Of a stretch of DNA of 64,000 bases, positions 10,653-18,504 are shown in pieces. Below the pieces are notes generated by a model. It saw only the letters and a program-made list of their open reading frames with translations. It was not told where the DNA came from and did not search any database. Made by a program: the position numbers and the translations under genes. Position 1 is the stretch's first letter. Each line of letters opens with the position of its first letter. Location of the stretch: the NCBI GenBank assembly GCA_040219255.1, contig JAVJSW010000037.1, positions 160,001-224,000 on the forward strand, read 5' to 3'. This DNA is from Sumerlaeia bacterium (GTDB lineage Bacteria; Sumerlaeota; Sumerlaeia; SLMS01; JAHLLQ01).

Positions 10653-11890
10653 GACGTCACCGAATGAAGTTCCAGAGCTCAGTCCTCGCCAACGTGTGCA
10701 ATGGGTTGATGTGTATGATTTGCTTGGCTGTGCTCGTGCCTGTCGGTTCCGCCGCCCCGGCCGAGCCGATCCTGGCCGACGACACTGCCGCCACGATGAC
10801 CGCTCCACTCGCCCCGCGCGGCGCCGGTATCCTGATGTATCACGGTCTGGATGAAGAGTTCAACTTCGTCGCCGAGAGCTTTCGCGTCCAGATGCAGTAC
10901 TTGGCCGACAATGGCTTCGAAACGATCACCTTCGCCCACCTCCAGTCCTGGATCGAGACCGGCTCGCCCGCGCTGCCGAAGAAGCCGATCATCCTGACCT
11001 ACGACGACAATTACATCACGATCTGGGACTTGGCCTATCCGGAAATGAAGAAGCACGGCTTCTTCGGCTATAACTTCGCCCACACCATGTACGTGGGCGT
11101 CGTCACAAGCTATGACCACGCCGATTGGGCCGAGTGCATGATTATGGAGAACGACGGCGTTGTCTTCACCGAGAGCCACACCATCAGCCACGTTCACCTG
11201 ACGCTTCTCTCGGACATGGCCAAGACGAACGAAATCCTGAACAGCAAGCGCGCCATCGCCGAGAACATGCAGGGCAAAGTTTCGACGACGCTGTCCTATC
11301 CCTACGGCGCATACGACCAGCGAACCATCGAGATCACGCGCGACTCGGGCTATGACAACGCCGTCTCCACCGTTCCCGGCATAACCACACGCGACTCCGG
11401 CGTCTTCGAATTGCCGCGTTTCGCGGTGAACCCGAACTGGGTCGGCGAAGGCACCGCGCTGAACAACGGCTTTCTGCGGGCGGTGAACGAGGTGGAGCGC
11501 CAGAGTGTGCGCTGGATCAACGTCGAGGATGAGGCCGCGGTGGGCGGTGCCTACCAGGTCGCCGACCCCGGCGAAGCGCCCCTCAACGCGTTGTGGACCG
11601 TGGATTTGCCAGAGGCGACAACGTACACCCTGGAAATGCACTGGCCCGCCGGAGCCGCCACCGCCACCGACGCGCCGGTCGGCGTGTTCCTGGATGGCGA
11701 ATGGCTGACCACCCCGGTGGATCAGTCCACCAGCGGTGGCGCCTGGATCGCGGTCGGGACCTACGATTTTCCGACGACGCGAGCGATGATCAACCTGAGC
11801 AACGCGGCGAACGGCTCAGTGGCCGCTGACGCGATTCGGCTCCAGGTGGCGGTTGACCCCGAACCGTATGGCGGGTGGATTGTGCACTGA
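10649..11890 (+). CDS. Secreted polysaccharide deacetylase (CE4) with C-terminal CBM/golvesin-like domain
   Basis: Signal peptide; ILMYH, LTYDD, ESHTISH, SYPYG, LPRF; C-terminal VDQ..GG.W...GTY.F ... ADAIRL; start codon uncertain. Confidence 0.85.
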   Translation: MRRHRMKFQSSVLANVCNGLMCMICLAVLVPVGSAAPAEPILADDTAATMTAPLAPRGAGILMYHGLDEEFNFVAESFRVQMQYLADNGFETITFAHLQSWIETGSPALPKKPIILTYDDNYITIWDLAYPEMKKHGFFGYNFAHTMYVGVVTSYDHADWAECMIMENDGVVFTESHTISHVHLTLLSDMAKTNEILNSKRAIAENMQGKVSTTLSYPYGAYDQRTIEITRDSGYDNAVSTVPGITTRDSGVFELPRFAVNPNWVGEGTALNNGFLRAVNEVERQSVRWINVEDEAAVGGAYQVADPGEAPLNALWTVDLPEATTYTLEMHWPAGAATATDAPVGVFLDGEWLTTPVDQSTSGGAWIAVGTYDFPTTRAMINLSNAANGSVAADAIRLQVAVDPEPYGGWIVH

Positions 11891-11929
11891 TCGCGGAATC
11901 GCCGCCGAGAAGGACATCGTCAATCGATC

Positions 11930-12175
11930 ATGAAGTTTCACGTACTCGTTCATCTGAAGCCCGACGTCTTGGACGTGCAAGGTCAAGCCATCCGGGAAGC
12001 AGTCGTCGGCGCCGGCCACGGCGGGATTTCCGCCGTGCGCGTGGGCAAATCGTTTTACCTGGACGTGGCCGCCGATTCGGATGCGGAAGGTCGCGCCGAG
12101 GTGGCTCGCCTGTGCCAGGAAACGCTCTCGAACCCGCTGCTGGAGACCTTTGAAATCGAGCAGGTGACGGCATGA
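11930..12175 (+). CDS. purS: FGAM synthase subunit PurS
   Basis: LKPDVLDVQG, VRVGK, LSNPLLETF; overlaps purQ. Confidence 0.93.
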   Translation: MKFHVLVHLKPDVLDVQGQAIREAVVGAGHGGISAVRVGKSFYLDVAADSDAEGRAEVARLCQETLSNPLLETFEIEQVTA

Positions 12176-12897
12176 GCGCGGTCGCGACGGATCGGGTGAA
12201 GTTCGCCGTGGTGGTGTTTCCCGGGTCGAATTGCGACCGGGATTGTCTGAACGCGGTCAAGGGCCCGCTGGGCCAGCATGTCCAGGCGGTCTGGCACCGC
12301 GACGCCGTGCCGGACGATGTGGACTGTATCATCGTGCCGGGCGGGTTTTCCTATGGCGACGCGCTGCGGGCGGGGGCGCTGGCGGCTTTGTCTCCGGTGA
12401 TGGAAAGCGTGCGCCGCGCCGCCGATGACGGGAAGCTGGTCCTGGGCGTTTGCAATGGCTTTCAGGTGCTGCTCGAGAGCGGGCTGCTGCCGGGCGCGCT
12501 GATGAAAAACACAGGCCTGCGCTTCGTCTGCCGGGACGTCTTCCTGCGCGTGGACAACTGGATGTCGCCGTTCACGCTGGACTACGGGCCGAACCAGGTC
12601 ATCCGCGTCCCCGTGGCCCATGGCTACGGCAATTACTACGCGCCCCAGGCGGACCTGGACGCGTTGGAGGAGCGCGGCGGGGTCGTGTTCCGCTATTGCG
12701 ACGAGCACGGCAACCTCGACTCCGGCGCCAACCCGAACGGTTCGCTGAACGCCATCGCCGGCATCACGAACGAACGCGGCAACGTACTCGGCATGATGCC
12801 CCACCCGGAACGGGCCTGCGAAGGCATTCTCGGGAGCCGCGACGGCCTCAAGCTGTTCGAGAGCATGGTGAAGCGGGTTGTAGCCCTGAGGGGTTAG
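12172..12897 (+). CDS. purQ: FGAM synthase subunit PurQ (glutaminase)
   Basis: FPGSNCD, PGGFSYGD, GVCNGFQ, NPNGS, GMMPHPER. Confidence 0.96.
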   Translation: MSAVATDRVKFAVVVFPGSNCDRDCLNAVKGPLGQHVQAVWHRDAVPDDVDCIIVPGGFSYGDALRAGALAALSPVMESVRRAADDGKLVLGVCNGFQVLLESGLLPGALMKNTGLRFVCRDVFLRVDNWMSPFTLDYGPNQVIRVPVAHGYGNYYAPQADLDALEERGGVVFRYCDEHGNLDSGANPNGSLNAIAGITNERGNVLGMMPHPERACEGILGSRDGLKLFESMVKRVVALRG

Positions 12898-12910
12898 AGC
12901 GGCTGGCCCC

Positions 12911-14020
12911 ATGCCCCACATCGTCCACGTTTACAAAGATTACTGGCCGCCGATTCTCGGCGGGATCGAGCGCACCGTGCATTGGATGGCGACGGGTCTG
13001 GTGCGGCGTGGGTACGAGGTGACGGTGCTGGTGAATTCGCGCGAACGGGCGGCGCGCGAGCGTGAGCTGGACGGCGTTCGGATCGTCGAGGTGGGGGAGT
13101 GGCGGCGGTTCGCTTCGGCGCCGTTGTCGCCCGGATTCCCGGCGGCGATGCGGCGGCTGAAGGCGGATGTGTGGCATTTCCACGTGCCGAATCCGACGGG
13201 GGATGTGTCGTATTTGCTGACGCAGCCGGCGGGGCGGGTCGTGGCGACCTATCACAGCGACATTGTGCGTCAGAAGTGGGCACTGTGGGCCTATGGGCCG
13301 GTGCTGCGGCGGTTCCTGGCGCGGTGCGACGTGGTGATGCCAACATCGCCGCGGCTGATCGACAGCTCGCCGTTCCTGCGGGCGGTGCGCGAGAAGTGCG
13401 AAGTCGTGCCGTTGGCAATGCCGCTGGACAAGTACGAGCGCACCGGCGCGAGCGGCCTCCGCGCCCGAGAGGTCAAGGCCCGCTACAAGGGCTTCCCGCT
13501 CCTGGTGTTCCTGGGGAAGTTACGCTATTACAAAGGTCTGCAATTCCTCGTGAGCGCCATGCGGAGCGTCCCCCACGCCCACGCGCTCATTATCGGCGAG
13601 GGACCGGAGGGGCCGAACCTGGAGGTCCTGGCGCGGGAGCTGGGCGTGGCGGACCGGGTGCATTTCCTGGGCGAGTTGGACGACGACGACGTGGTGGCGC
13701 ATTTGCAGGCGGCGGACGTGTTCGTACTGCCGAGTCATTTGAACTCCGAGGCTTATGGGCTTTCTCAGATTGAGGCGATGGCTTGCGGGTTGCCGGTGGT
13801 GAGTTGCGATTTGCCGACCGGTGTGCCCTTCGTGAATCGGCACGGAGAGACCGGTCTGGTGGTTCCTCCCGGGGACGACGGGGCGCTGGCGGAGGCGATT
13901 TCGAGGCTGCTGTCTGACGAGCGACTGCGTTTTGCCATGGGCGAGGCGGCCTATCGGCGGGCCCGGGAAGTGTTCTCGGTGGAGGCCATGATGGAAAATT
14001 TGGTGAGGATTTACGTTTGA
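12911..14020 (+). CDS. Glycosyltransferase family 4
   Basis: GGIE, YHSDIV, YYKGL, EAYGLSQIEAMACG (Ex7E). Confidence 0.9.
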   Translation: MPHIVHVYKDYWPPILGGIERTVHWMATGLVRRGYEVTVLVNSRERAARERELDGVRIVEVGEWRRFASAPLSPGFPAAMRRLKADVWHFHVPNPTGDVSYLLTQPAGRVVATYHSDIVRQKWALWAYGPVLRRFLARCDVVMPTSPRLIDSSPFLRAVREKCEVVPLAMPLDKYERTGASGLRAREVKARYKGFPLLVFLGKLRYYKGLQFLVSAMRSVPHAHALIIGEGPEGPNLEVLARELGVADRVHFLGELDDDDVVAHLQAADVFVLPSHLNSEAYGLSQIEAMACGLPVVSCDLPTGVPFVNRHGETGLVVPPGDDGALAEAISRLLSDERLRFAMGEAAYRRAREVFSVEAMMENLVRIYV

Positions 14021-14064
14021 AAACATTAATCGTCTCAAATTGCGACAATTTGCCTCGTATTTTT

Positions 14065-14271
14065 TCAACTTAAGTTTTCGTGGTAGAAATCGATCATTTT
14101 TTGAATGTCCTCGTGACAGGCTGTGCAGCTCAGCCCGGCTGTCGTTCGAAGGCCAATGTCCTCCACCGTGGGTTCTTGATTTTGAGCGACTTGACTCTGG
14201 ATGCAGCGCAGCACGACCTCCCGTGGGATGCCGTGACACACACAAATTAATTCACAAGTTTTAGATTGCAT
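14065..14271 (-). CDS. Bfd-like [2Fe-2S]-binding small protein (68 aa)
   Basis: ICVCHGI ... TTAGLSCTACHEDI (CxC...CxxC); AGGA RBS before MQSKT. Confidence 0.75.
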   Translation of the reverse strand: MQSKTCELICVCHGIPREVVLRCIQSQVAQNQEPTVEDIGLRTTAGLSCTACHEDIQKMIDFYHENLS

Positions 14272-14348
14272 CGAACAATTCCTGATGGTTGTTGCGGACA
14301 AAGAAGCTTGGATTGACGTCAGAGGCGCCGACCCGAGAGGATTTTGCT

Positions 14349-15563
14349 ATGGAGGCCAGAATACTGACCTTGCGAGACAAGCCGGACGTTCTTGATCCCA
14401 GTTGCGGGGAGCCGGAGATGACAGGCCATTCCCATTTGGTTCTCGTGGTGGACGACGACGGTCCCTTTCTCGGGCTGATGTGCCGGTTCCTCGAACGCCT
14501 CGATTATGAAGTCCTCCAGGCCGCGACGCTTGAGGAGGCGGTGGAGATCGCGAAAGAATTCGCCCCCGAGATCGCCTTCGTCAACGGTCACCTTCCGGAT
14601 GGGGAGGGAATTCATCTGATTCGTCCGCTGCAGGAGGCGGACCCGGACGTGGTCGTGCTGATGACGTCGGCCAATCGGAGCCTGCAATTCGTTCTGGCGG
14701 CGATGCGCGAAGGGGCCTCGGATTTCCTGTCGAAACCCCTGGAGTTCGATACGCTCGAAGAGAAGCTGAAGGAACACCTCGCAAAGCGCAAGGCCCGCAT
14801 CGAAAGCCGCAACTATCAGAAGCTGCTGGAGGAGGCGGTGGCCACGCGGACGATGGAACTGGGCGAGGCGCTCGACAAACTCTCCCGCGTGAACGACCAG
14901 ATGTCGGCCTCCTATGCGGAAGCGCTGGAATTGCTGCATCGCGCGGCGGCCTATCGCGACGACGACACCGGCCACCATGTGAGCCGCATTCGGCTCTTCA
15001 CGCGGGAATTGGCGTTGGCGCACGGGCTCGGCGCGGAGCAGGCCGAACTGATCGCCCAGGCCAGCGCGATGCACGATATCGGCAAGATTGGCATTCCGGA
15101 CCAGATTCTTCTCAAGCCCGGCAAGCTGACCCCCGACGAATGGGAGGTCATGAAAGCCCACACGACCATCGGCGCGAACATCATCGGCGGCAAGAAGACG
15201 CCGTTGCTGGACATGTGCCGCGAGATCGCCCTGACGCATCACGAGAAATGGAACGGCGGCGGTTATCCGGCGGGCCTGGCGGGCGAGGCGATTCCGCTGG
15301 CGGGGCGGCTGGTGGCGATCGTCGATGTGTTCGACGCGCTGACCCACGCCCGGGTTTACAAACCCGCTTTTTCGACGGAGAAAGCGATTCAGATCATCGA
15401 GGAGTCGCGAGGCAGCCATTTCGACCCGCGGATCGTGGAGTGCTTTTTGCCACTGATCCCCCGGCTGAAAGAAATGGAAGCCTCCTTCGACGAGGAAATC
15501 TCCGCCGAGGTGCTGTCGCTCCACGCCCGGCGGCAGAAGCACGCCGCCGGGGAAGGCATCTGA
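14349..15563 (+). CDS. RpfG-like response regulator: REC + HD-GYP c-di-GMP phosphodiesterase
   Basis: VVDDD receiver; TGHH, HDIGKIGIP, HHEKWNGGGYP, HFDP; GAGAGG RBS before ATG 14349. Confidence 0.92.
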   Translation: MEARILTLRDKPDVLDPSCGEPEMTGHSHLVLVVDDDGPFLGLMCRFLERLDYEVLQAATLEEAVEIAKEFAPEIAFVNGHLPDGEGIHLIRPLQEADPDVVVLMTSANRSLQFVLAAMREGASDFLSKPLEFDTLEEKLKEHLAKRKARIESRNYQKLLEEAVATRTMELGEALDKLSRVNDQMSASYAEALELLHRAAAYRDDDTGHHVSRIRLFTRELALAHGLGAEQAELIAQASAMHDIGKIGIPDQILLKPGKLTPDEWEVMKAHTTIGANIIGGKKTPLLDMCREIALTHHEKWNGGGYPAGLAGEAIPLAGRLVAIVDVFDALTHARVYKPAFSTEKAIQIIEESRGSHFDPRIVECFLPLIPRLKEMEASFDEEISAEVLSLHARRQKHAAGEGI

Positions 15564-15567
15564 CAGC

Positions 15568-15595
15568 TTGACCTTACCCCGGGAATGCTGAGGAT
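15568..15595 (+). promoter_or_regulatory. Putative sigma70-type promoter for the structured RNA and slipin gene
   Basis: TTGACC at 15568 and weak -10 GAGGAT at 15590; predicted start near the 5' end of the closing stem. Confidence 0.4.
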
Positions 15596-15598
15596 CGG

Positions 15599-15870
15599 GC
15601 CGGTCGTTTGTCTTCCGCCCGGGGTTCCGTACGCCCCGGAGGCATGCCCCGGCTCTGCCGGTTCTGGATGTTCCAGGAATTCAGACGCTCACACGCGGGT
15701 TCGAATCCCGCACAAGGCTCAGGTCCTTGCCTACCGGCTCCATCGGCTGGTTGCGGGGGACCGGCTTTTCCTGGCGCGGCGAGGCGCCGTCGATCCTTCG
15801 GGATGGACGGTCCTTGGCCGGCCGCTCGCGGGCGCGGCGCCCGGGGGCCGAAGGGCTACGGACGATCGGT
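15599..15870 (+). ncRNA. Putative structured tRNA-mimic ncRNA or leader upstream of the slipin gene
   Basis: 13-bp closing helix 15599-15611/15858-15870; 9-bp helix 15657-15665/15757-15765; T-arm GCGGG-TTCGAAT-CCCGC; CAAGG-CTCAGGT-CCTTG hairpin; cUUCGg hairpin 15787-15810. Confidence 0.7.
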
Positions 15871-16017
15871 TGGCAGCCAACGGGGCCACGCGCCCCCGAA
15901 GCCCCCCGCCGCATCCTCCCGCCGCTTCCGCCTTCGAGGCGAACGTCACGGGTTTTGGAAGGGACCGGTTCTCCGCAACCGCCACCGGACCGATTCCGCG
16001 TCAGGAAGCGCGACACG

Positions 16018-17169
16018 ATGCTGTCTTTCATCAAGGCTCCGGAAGGTTATCAGACCGTCCTTTACCGCAACGGATCGCCGGTGCGGCTCCTCGTCGCGCG
16101 GCCTAAGCCCTACTTGGTCTGGGGAACCGGGTTCACCCGCGTCTGCTGCCCGCTGACGGATCCGGTGATCAACGCGTCGCAGCCGACGGTTTCGCCCTTG
16201 ATGGACAAGGATTGGGTGCGCGGCCATCTGGACGACATTTTGGTCGAACCGGGCGAGCGCGTTCTTGTCTGGCTTGAAGGCCGTCTGGTGCGGGTTCTGA
16301 CGGCGGGCCGCTGGGGTATCTGGAAGACGCCATCGCCGATTCGGCTCGACCGCCTGACGCTCGACGATCCGCAGTACGCCCCCGGCGACGCCAAGGCGGT
16401 CGCCGCTCTTCGCTCGTGGCCGGCGGCCTCCAACGTGCTGGAATTCGTGAACCTGGGCGTGGGCCAGCAGGGGCTCGTCTACGTGGGCGGGGAATTGCTG
16501 CGGACGCTCGGCCCCGGGATTCACGCCTTCTGGCGGCAAGGCATCGATTACGACGTCCTGATCGAGGACCTGCGGCTGAAGACGCTGACGCTGACGGGCC
16601 AGGAACTGATGACGCAGGACCGCGTGACGCTGCGGATGAACTTCGATGTGGCCTATCGCGTCACCGATCCCCAGAGGGCTGTCCTCGAAGCGGAAGCCCC
16701 CGCCAAATTGCTCTATACCCGCGCGCAATTGCTGCTGCGGGAAGGCGTTGGGGGGCGGACGCTGGACCAATTGCTCGAGGAGCGCGACTCCCTCGCCAAG
16801 GAAGTCGAGGCGGGCCTTCAACCCTTCGCCGAAAAGTTCGGCATGGGGGTGGAATTCGCCGGTCTACGGGATGTGATCCTGCCCGGCGACATGCGCGAAA
16901 TCCTCAACCAGGTCGTCCGCGCCCGCAAGGAAGCGGAAGCCAATGTGATCCGGCGCCGCGAGGAAACCGCCTCGACCCGCAGTCTTCTGAACACCGCCAA
17001 AGTCATCGACGAGAACCCGACGATGTTGCGGCTCAAAGAGTTGGAGGCCTTGCAGGAAATCGTCGGCAAGATCGAGACGCTCAACGTGTACGATGGATTG
17101 CAGGGCTTGCTGGGCGGCGTTCGCCTGCGGGATTTGCCGCCGGGGGAGAAGGCGAAGTCGGGCGAGTAG
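16018..17169 (+). CDS. Slipin family SPFH/Band 7 protein
   Basis: GQELMTQDRVTLRMN, RDVILPGDMREILNQV, RREETASTRSLLNTAK, LRLKELEAL; ATG 16018 after AGGA. Confidence 0.9.
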   Translation: MLSFIKAPEGYQTVLYRNGSPVRLLVARPKPYLVWGTGFTRVCCPLTDPVINASQPTVSPLMDKDWVRGHLDDILVEPGERVLVWLEGRLVRVLTAGRWGIWKTPSPIRLDRLTLDDPQYAPGDAKAVAALRSWPAASNVLEFVNLGVGQQGLVYVGGELLRTLGPGIHAFWRQGIDYDVLIEDLRLKTLTLTGQELMTQDRVTLRMNFDVAYRVTDPQRAVLEAEAPAKLLYTRAQLLLREGVGGRTLDQLLEERDSLAKEVEAGLQPFAEKFGMGVEFAGLRDVILPGDMREILNQVVRARKEAEANVIRRREETASTRSLLNTAKVIDENPTMLRLKELEALQEIVGKIETLNVYDGLQGLLGGVRLRDLPPGEKAKSGE

Positions 17170-17181
17170 CCGCCCCCATCG

Positions 17182-18504
17182 CTACTCCTCCCTTGGAATC
17201 ACCTTCTCGTGGGGGTCGATGGCGGGGGAGCCGGTGGCTTTGTCCAGCGCCTCCAGCATCTGCGCGTCGGTGATGTGCTCCAGACGCTCGGCGGTGCCGT
17301 GGACGTGGTCGGGGCGGATGCCCGCTTCCTGGACGAGGTAGCCCTCCCAGAGGCGGTGGCGGCGGATCATCCGGGCGGCGTAGTGTTCGCCGCGCTCGGT
17401 CAGGCTGATCATGCCGCTCTGGCGATGGATGCGGCGTTTGTGGCGCATTTTGCGAAGCGCCAGCGCGAACGCCACCCGCCCCAACAGGCCCGTCGCCAGG
17501 ACACCGCGGATTTGTGCTTCTTCCACTTCGGCGCGATGATGGTCGGCCTTTTCGCCGGCGCGCCAGAGCAGGCCCAGGATATCTTCGCGAGTCACCGTGA
17601 CGGCGAGGCTGAGGCGCCGCCAGGCCTGCGGGATGAGGCCCCGCTGCGGCGCCAGGAGCACGGTGGCCCCGAACAGCAAGCCCGCCATGGTGGCCATGGA
17701 ACCGGCCGTGTTGGCTTCGTCCGCCAACCCGAACCACCCGGGCACGATCAGCGCCGCCCCATGACCCAGGACCGCGCAGAGCGCCGCCACCACGAGGCTG
17801 AGCGCGATCATGACGCTGAGCCGATTCGTCAGCAGGCGGGCGCACGCCCCCGGCACCACCAGCATGGCGATCACCAGGATCGACCCGACGCTGTTGAACG
17901 CCGCCACCGTCGTCGCGGCCACGATCATCATCAGCAGATAGTGCATCAGGGTGGCGTTGATGCCTTGCGTGTTGGCCATTTCGGGATCGAAGGCGCTGAT
18001 GGTCAGTTCCTTGAACAGCGCCACGACGAAGATCAGGTTCACCAGCAGCATCACGGCCCCGGCCACGGCGGCGCGGGGGATGACCGTTTCGCCGATCTGG
18101 TAGCTGTCCAGGTAGGTCAACTCGAGCGCTCCGTAGAGGACGCAGTCGGGGTCCAGGTCCGTGTCGTGGGCCGCTACGCGGATCAGGATCAGGCCGATGG
18201 CGAAGAGCGCGGTGAAGGTCACGCCCATGGCGGCGTCGGCCTCCACCCCACCCCAGCGCTCGATGGCGGAAATCAGGAACGTCGTCACCAGACCGACGAG
18301 CACCGCGCCCAGAAGCATCGCCAGCGATGTCCGGGTTCCGGTCAGCAGGAAGGCCACCGCCAGACCGGGGAGAACGGCGTGGCTGAGGGCGTCGCCCATC
18401 ATGGACATCTTGCGCAAAATCAACCAGTTACCAGCCAGCGCGCAGGCCATCGCGGCGATTCCGCCAGTGATGACGATCCAGGTGTCGAAAATCGTCCAGG
18501 TCAT
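17182..18504 (-). CDS. Mn/Zn/Fe ABC permease (TroD/MntD-like) with C-terminal DtxR-type domain
   Basis: MMGDALSHAVLPG permease motif; C-terminal RRHRLWEGYL...VHGTAERLEH...DPH. Confidence 0.9.
   Translation of the reverse strand: MTWTIFDTWIVITGGIAAMACALAGNWLILRKMSMMGDALSHAVLPGLAVAFLLTGTRTSLAMLLGAVLVGLVTTFLISAIERWGGVEADAAMGVTFTALFAIGLILIRVAAHDTDLDPDCVLYGALELTYLDSYQIGETVIPRAAVAGAVMLLVNLIFVVALFKELTISAFDPEMANTQGINATLMHYLLMMIVAATTVAAFNSVGSILVIAMLVVPGACARLLTNRLSVMIALSLVVAALCAVLGHGAALIVPGWFGLADEANTAGSMATMAGLLFGATVLLAPQRGLIPQAWRRLSLAVTVTREDILGLLWRAGEKADHHRAEVEEAQIRGVLATGLLGRVAFALALRKMRHKRRIHRQSGMISLTERGEHYAARMIRRHRLWEGYLVQEAGIRPDHVHGTAERLEHITDAQMLEALDKATGSPAIDPHEKVIPREE

Noticed and set aside
15657-15765. 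Canonical tRNA-Leu gene
   Set aside because: Anticodon-like arm lies 3' of the T-arm and there is no acceptor stem/CCA geometry; reported as a tRNA mimic instead
15585-16156. ORFs 15585-16106 and 15608-16156, and the upstream extension of slipin from 15727
   Set aside because: Pro/Arg/Ala-rich translations of a structured non-coding region; slipin homology starts at ATG 16018
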